A stretch of DNA of 8,898 nucleotides from Azolla caroliniana (taxonomy: Eukaryota; Plantae; Polypodiophyta), in contig JBHGNT010001406.1 in NCBI GenBank assembly GCA_043228905.1, positions 1-8,898 of the forward strand. Reading direction: 5' to 3'. The position numbers and the translations under genes were made by a program. Below the pieces are notes generated by a model, which worked only from the letters and a program-made list of their open reading frames with translations, had not been told where the DNA came from and searched no databases. Positions 7,305 to 8,898 of the stretch are shown here, piece after piece. The number at the start of each line of letters is the position of its first letter. The first letter of the stretch is position 1.

Positions 7305-8898
7305 ATGGATAGAGGCATGGCGAGCTCGCTTCCAACAGAGAAGCTCGACAGAACGAACTACGCGTCTTGGTCCTACAAGATGCACCAGTACCTGCTCGGG
7401 CACGGCTATTGGAGTTATGTCGAAGGAGCTAATGATGCGGCACCCGAATCGACACACAGAGACTTCCCGTCGTGGGAGCAATCGGCGAGCAGGGTATTAT
7501 ATTGCTTCACGTTGTGTGTGGGCGAACAACTATTGAGCTATGTTCGGGATGCAAAGACGCCGAAGGGTGCGTGGGAAAATCTGAAGAAGATTTTCGCCGT
7601 GAGCACCACAGCCAGGAAGCTTCAGCTCCGACAGGAGTTGAAGAACAACCTACGAAAACGGGACTTGTCGGTGGTGGACTATACCTCGAAGATCAAGGAT
7701 ATCTACGACTCCCTCGCCTCCATAGAGGTGAACATCGAGGAGAGCGAGATGGTCCAGATCTGTCTCGGAGGTTTGGCGTCGAAGTTCGGAGCGTTCCGAA
7801 CGGCTGTGTGTACCCGGGAGAATACGCCGTCCTTTTTCGACTTACAGTCAATGCTCCTGGTAGAGGAGAACCACGCGGGTGCGTCTACAAGCACGCACAC
7901 CGAGAACAGAATGTTGTACACGGAGGGAGATAGGCCCCGTGGACGTGGAGGACGAGGCGAGTCGGCGCGCAATGGAGGCGGCCGACGAGATCAAGGAAGA
8001 AGGCACCGAAGTGATGCCGACAGCAACTCCGGACCCTCCGAAAACAGGGGGAGTCGAAGCGATGAGAACTGGCAAGGGAAGGCCATCGCGGAGTGCTGGT
8101 ACTGTGGCAAGAAAGGCCACAGGGAAAGTGAGTGCTGGAAGAAGCGCGCCGATTCGGAGAGAACTGGTTCCGGAAACGGCTCCGGACATACCGACAAGGG
8201 AAATCGGCAACGATCGCACTACGCCGAAGACTCCGGGAGAGCCGGTGAAGGGTTTGTCTTCGTGACGAGACACGAAGCAAACTCAATGAAACGGACCACC
8301 CCGAGATCGGACGAGGTGTGGTACGTAGACTCCGGCGCGTCAAACCACATGACGAGTCATAAGGAATGGTTCTTGTACCTTGAAAAACCGATACAACCTG
8401 GAGTAGTCGCAATTGGAGACGACACTCCGCATCCGATCGCGAATGTCGGAGAAGTTCCCCTTAGCCATGTCGGGCAGAAAAGGAAACTCATGAACGTGCT
8501 GCACGTTCCGACAATCACGAAGAACTTGGTCTCGGTCGGACAGATCGTCGACCAAGGGATGGAGGTTCGGTTTACACATCTCGGGTGCTTCATTGAGGAA
8601 GAAGGCCGTGTGATTGCGCAAGGGCGTAGAGACGGGAGGATGTTCATCCTCGATTCCACTGACGGCGGCACCGCAATGTTCGCAAAGGGACAAAAATCCG
8701 AGTCGGACATCGACTTGTGGCACAAGCGGATAGGCCACGTCAACTACCAGCGGCTTCAAGATCTGCAATCGAAACAGGTAGTGTTAGGATTGCCCAAATT
8801 TAGTGGCCGAAAGGCACAAATTTGTGAAGCCTGCCAGCTCGGGAAGCAACACCGACTTCCTTTCCCAATGAGCGAAACCGGAGCCGGAACAAGCTCGA
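7305..8898 (+). CDS. gag-pol: Copia Gag-Pol polyprotein, partial (gag, CCHC knuckle, aspartic protease, GAG-pre-integrase/HHCC); probable frameshift near 8865
   Basis: Manual translation is open from ATG 7305 (alternative ATG 7317) to the window end. Motifs: MDRGMASSLPTEKLDRTNYASWSYKMHQYLLGHGYWSYVEG...AWENLKKIF (copia gag); an RG-rich linker; CWYCGKKGHRESEC (8094-8135); WYVDSGASNHMT (Asp at 8328); NVLHVPTITKNLVSVGQ; LWHKRIGHVN (8715-8744); CEACQLGKQHRLPF (from 8823). It is absent from the ORF track, presumably because it has no stop in the window. Confidence 0.96.
   Translation, partial: MDRGMASSLPTEKLDRTNYASWSYKMHQYLLGHGYWSYVEGANDAAPESTHRDFPSWEQSASRVLYCFTLCVGEQLLSYVRDAKTPKGAWENLKKIFAVSTTARKLQLRQELKNNLRKRDLSVVDYTSKIKDIYDSLASIEVNIEESEMVQICLGGLASKFGAFRTAVCTRENTPSFFDLQSMLLVEENHAGASTSTHTENRMLYTEGDRPRGRGGRGESARNGGGRRDQGRRHRSDADSNSGPSENRGSRSDENWQGKAIAECWYCGKKGHRESECWKKRADSERTGSGNGSGHTDKGNRQRSHYAEDSGRAGEGFVFVTRHEANSMKRTTPRSDEVWYVDSGASNHMTSHKEWFLYLEKPIQPGVVAIGDDTPHPIANVGEVPLSHVGQKRKLMNVLHVPTITKNLVSVGQIVDQGMEVRFTHLGCFIEEEGRVIAQGRRDGRMFILDSTDGGTAMFAKGQKSESDIDLWHKRIGHVNYQRLQDLQSKQVVLGLPKFSGRKAQICEACQLGKQHRLPFPMSETGAGTSS

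Larger units (their letters stand above)
6786..8898 (+). mobile_element. Ty1/copia LTR retrotransposon, 5' part (continues beyond the window)
   Basis: It has an LTR, a tRNA-iMet PBS and a single ORF with gag, zinc knuckle, protease and then the integrase N-terminus, which is the copia domain order. GC and CpG content rise abruptly at the junction. Confidence 0.97.

Noticed and set aside
7221-8768. Many overlapping ORFs of 68-175 aa on both strands in the ORF track
   Set aside because: They are alternative-frame shadows of the GC-rich gag-pol ORF that starts at 7305. None has recognisable motifs.

Overview
This is eukaryotic, AT-rich, repeat-derived DNA with no recognisable host gene. The transposon families suggest a non-seed land plant such as a fern (inference). 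From left to right it holds: (i) two head-to-tail, 5'-truncated, decayed copies of an RTE/RTEX-type LINE on the minus strand (~1941-2445 older, ~2450-3474 younger), bounded by (GA/TC)n tracts; (ii) microsatellites and a 2 x 207 bp tandem duplication (5250-5663); (iii) a probable Ty3/gypsy-type 5' LTR (~6059-6498); (iv) a young, GC-rich Ty1/copia element inserted at 6786. The gypsy-type LTR carries an antisense tRNA-like A/B-box module, a 10-unit in-phase heat-shock-element array and a TATA box. In place of a tRNA PBS it has a 12-nt site exactly complementary to the predicted 5' end of its own transcript (Tf1-like self-priming). It is followed by a coiled-coil gag-like ORF that the copia insertion cuts. 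The copia element has an LTR (6786-7232), a tRNA-iMet PBS and a gag-protease-integrase ORF running from 7305 off the window end, which the supplied ORF track misses. The 6059-6785 element is the most interesting part of the window.
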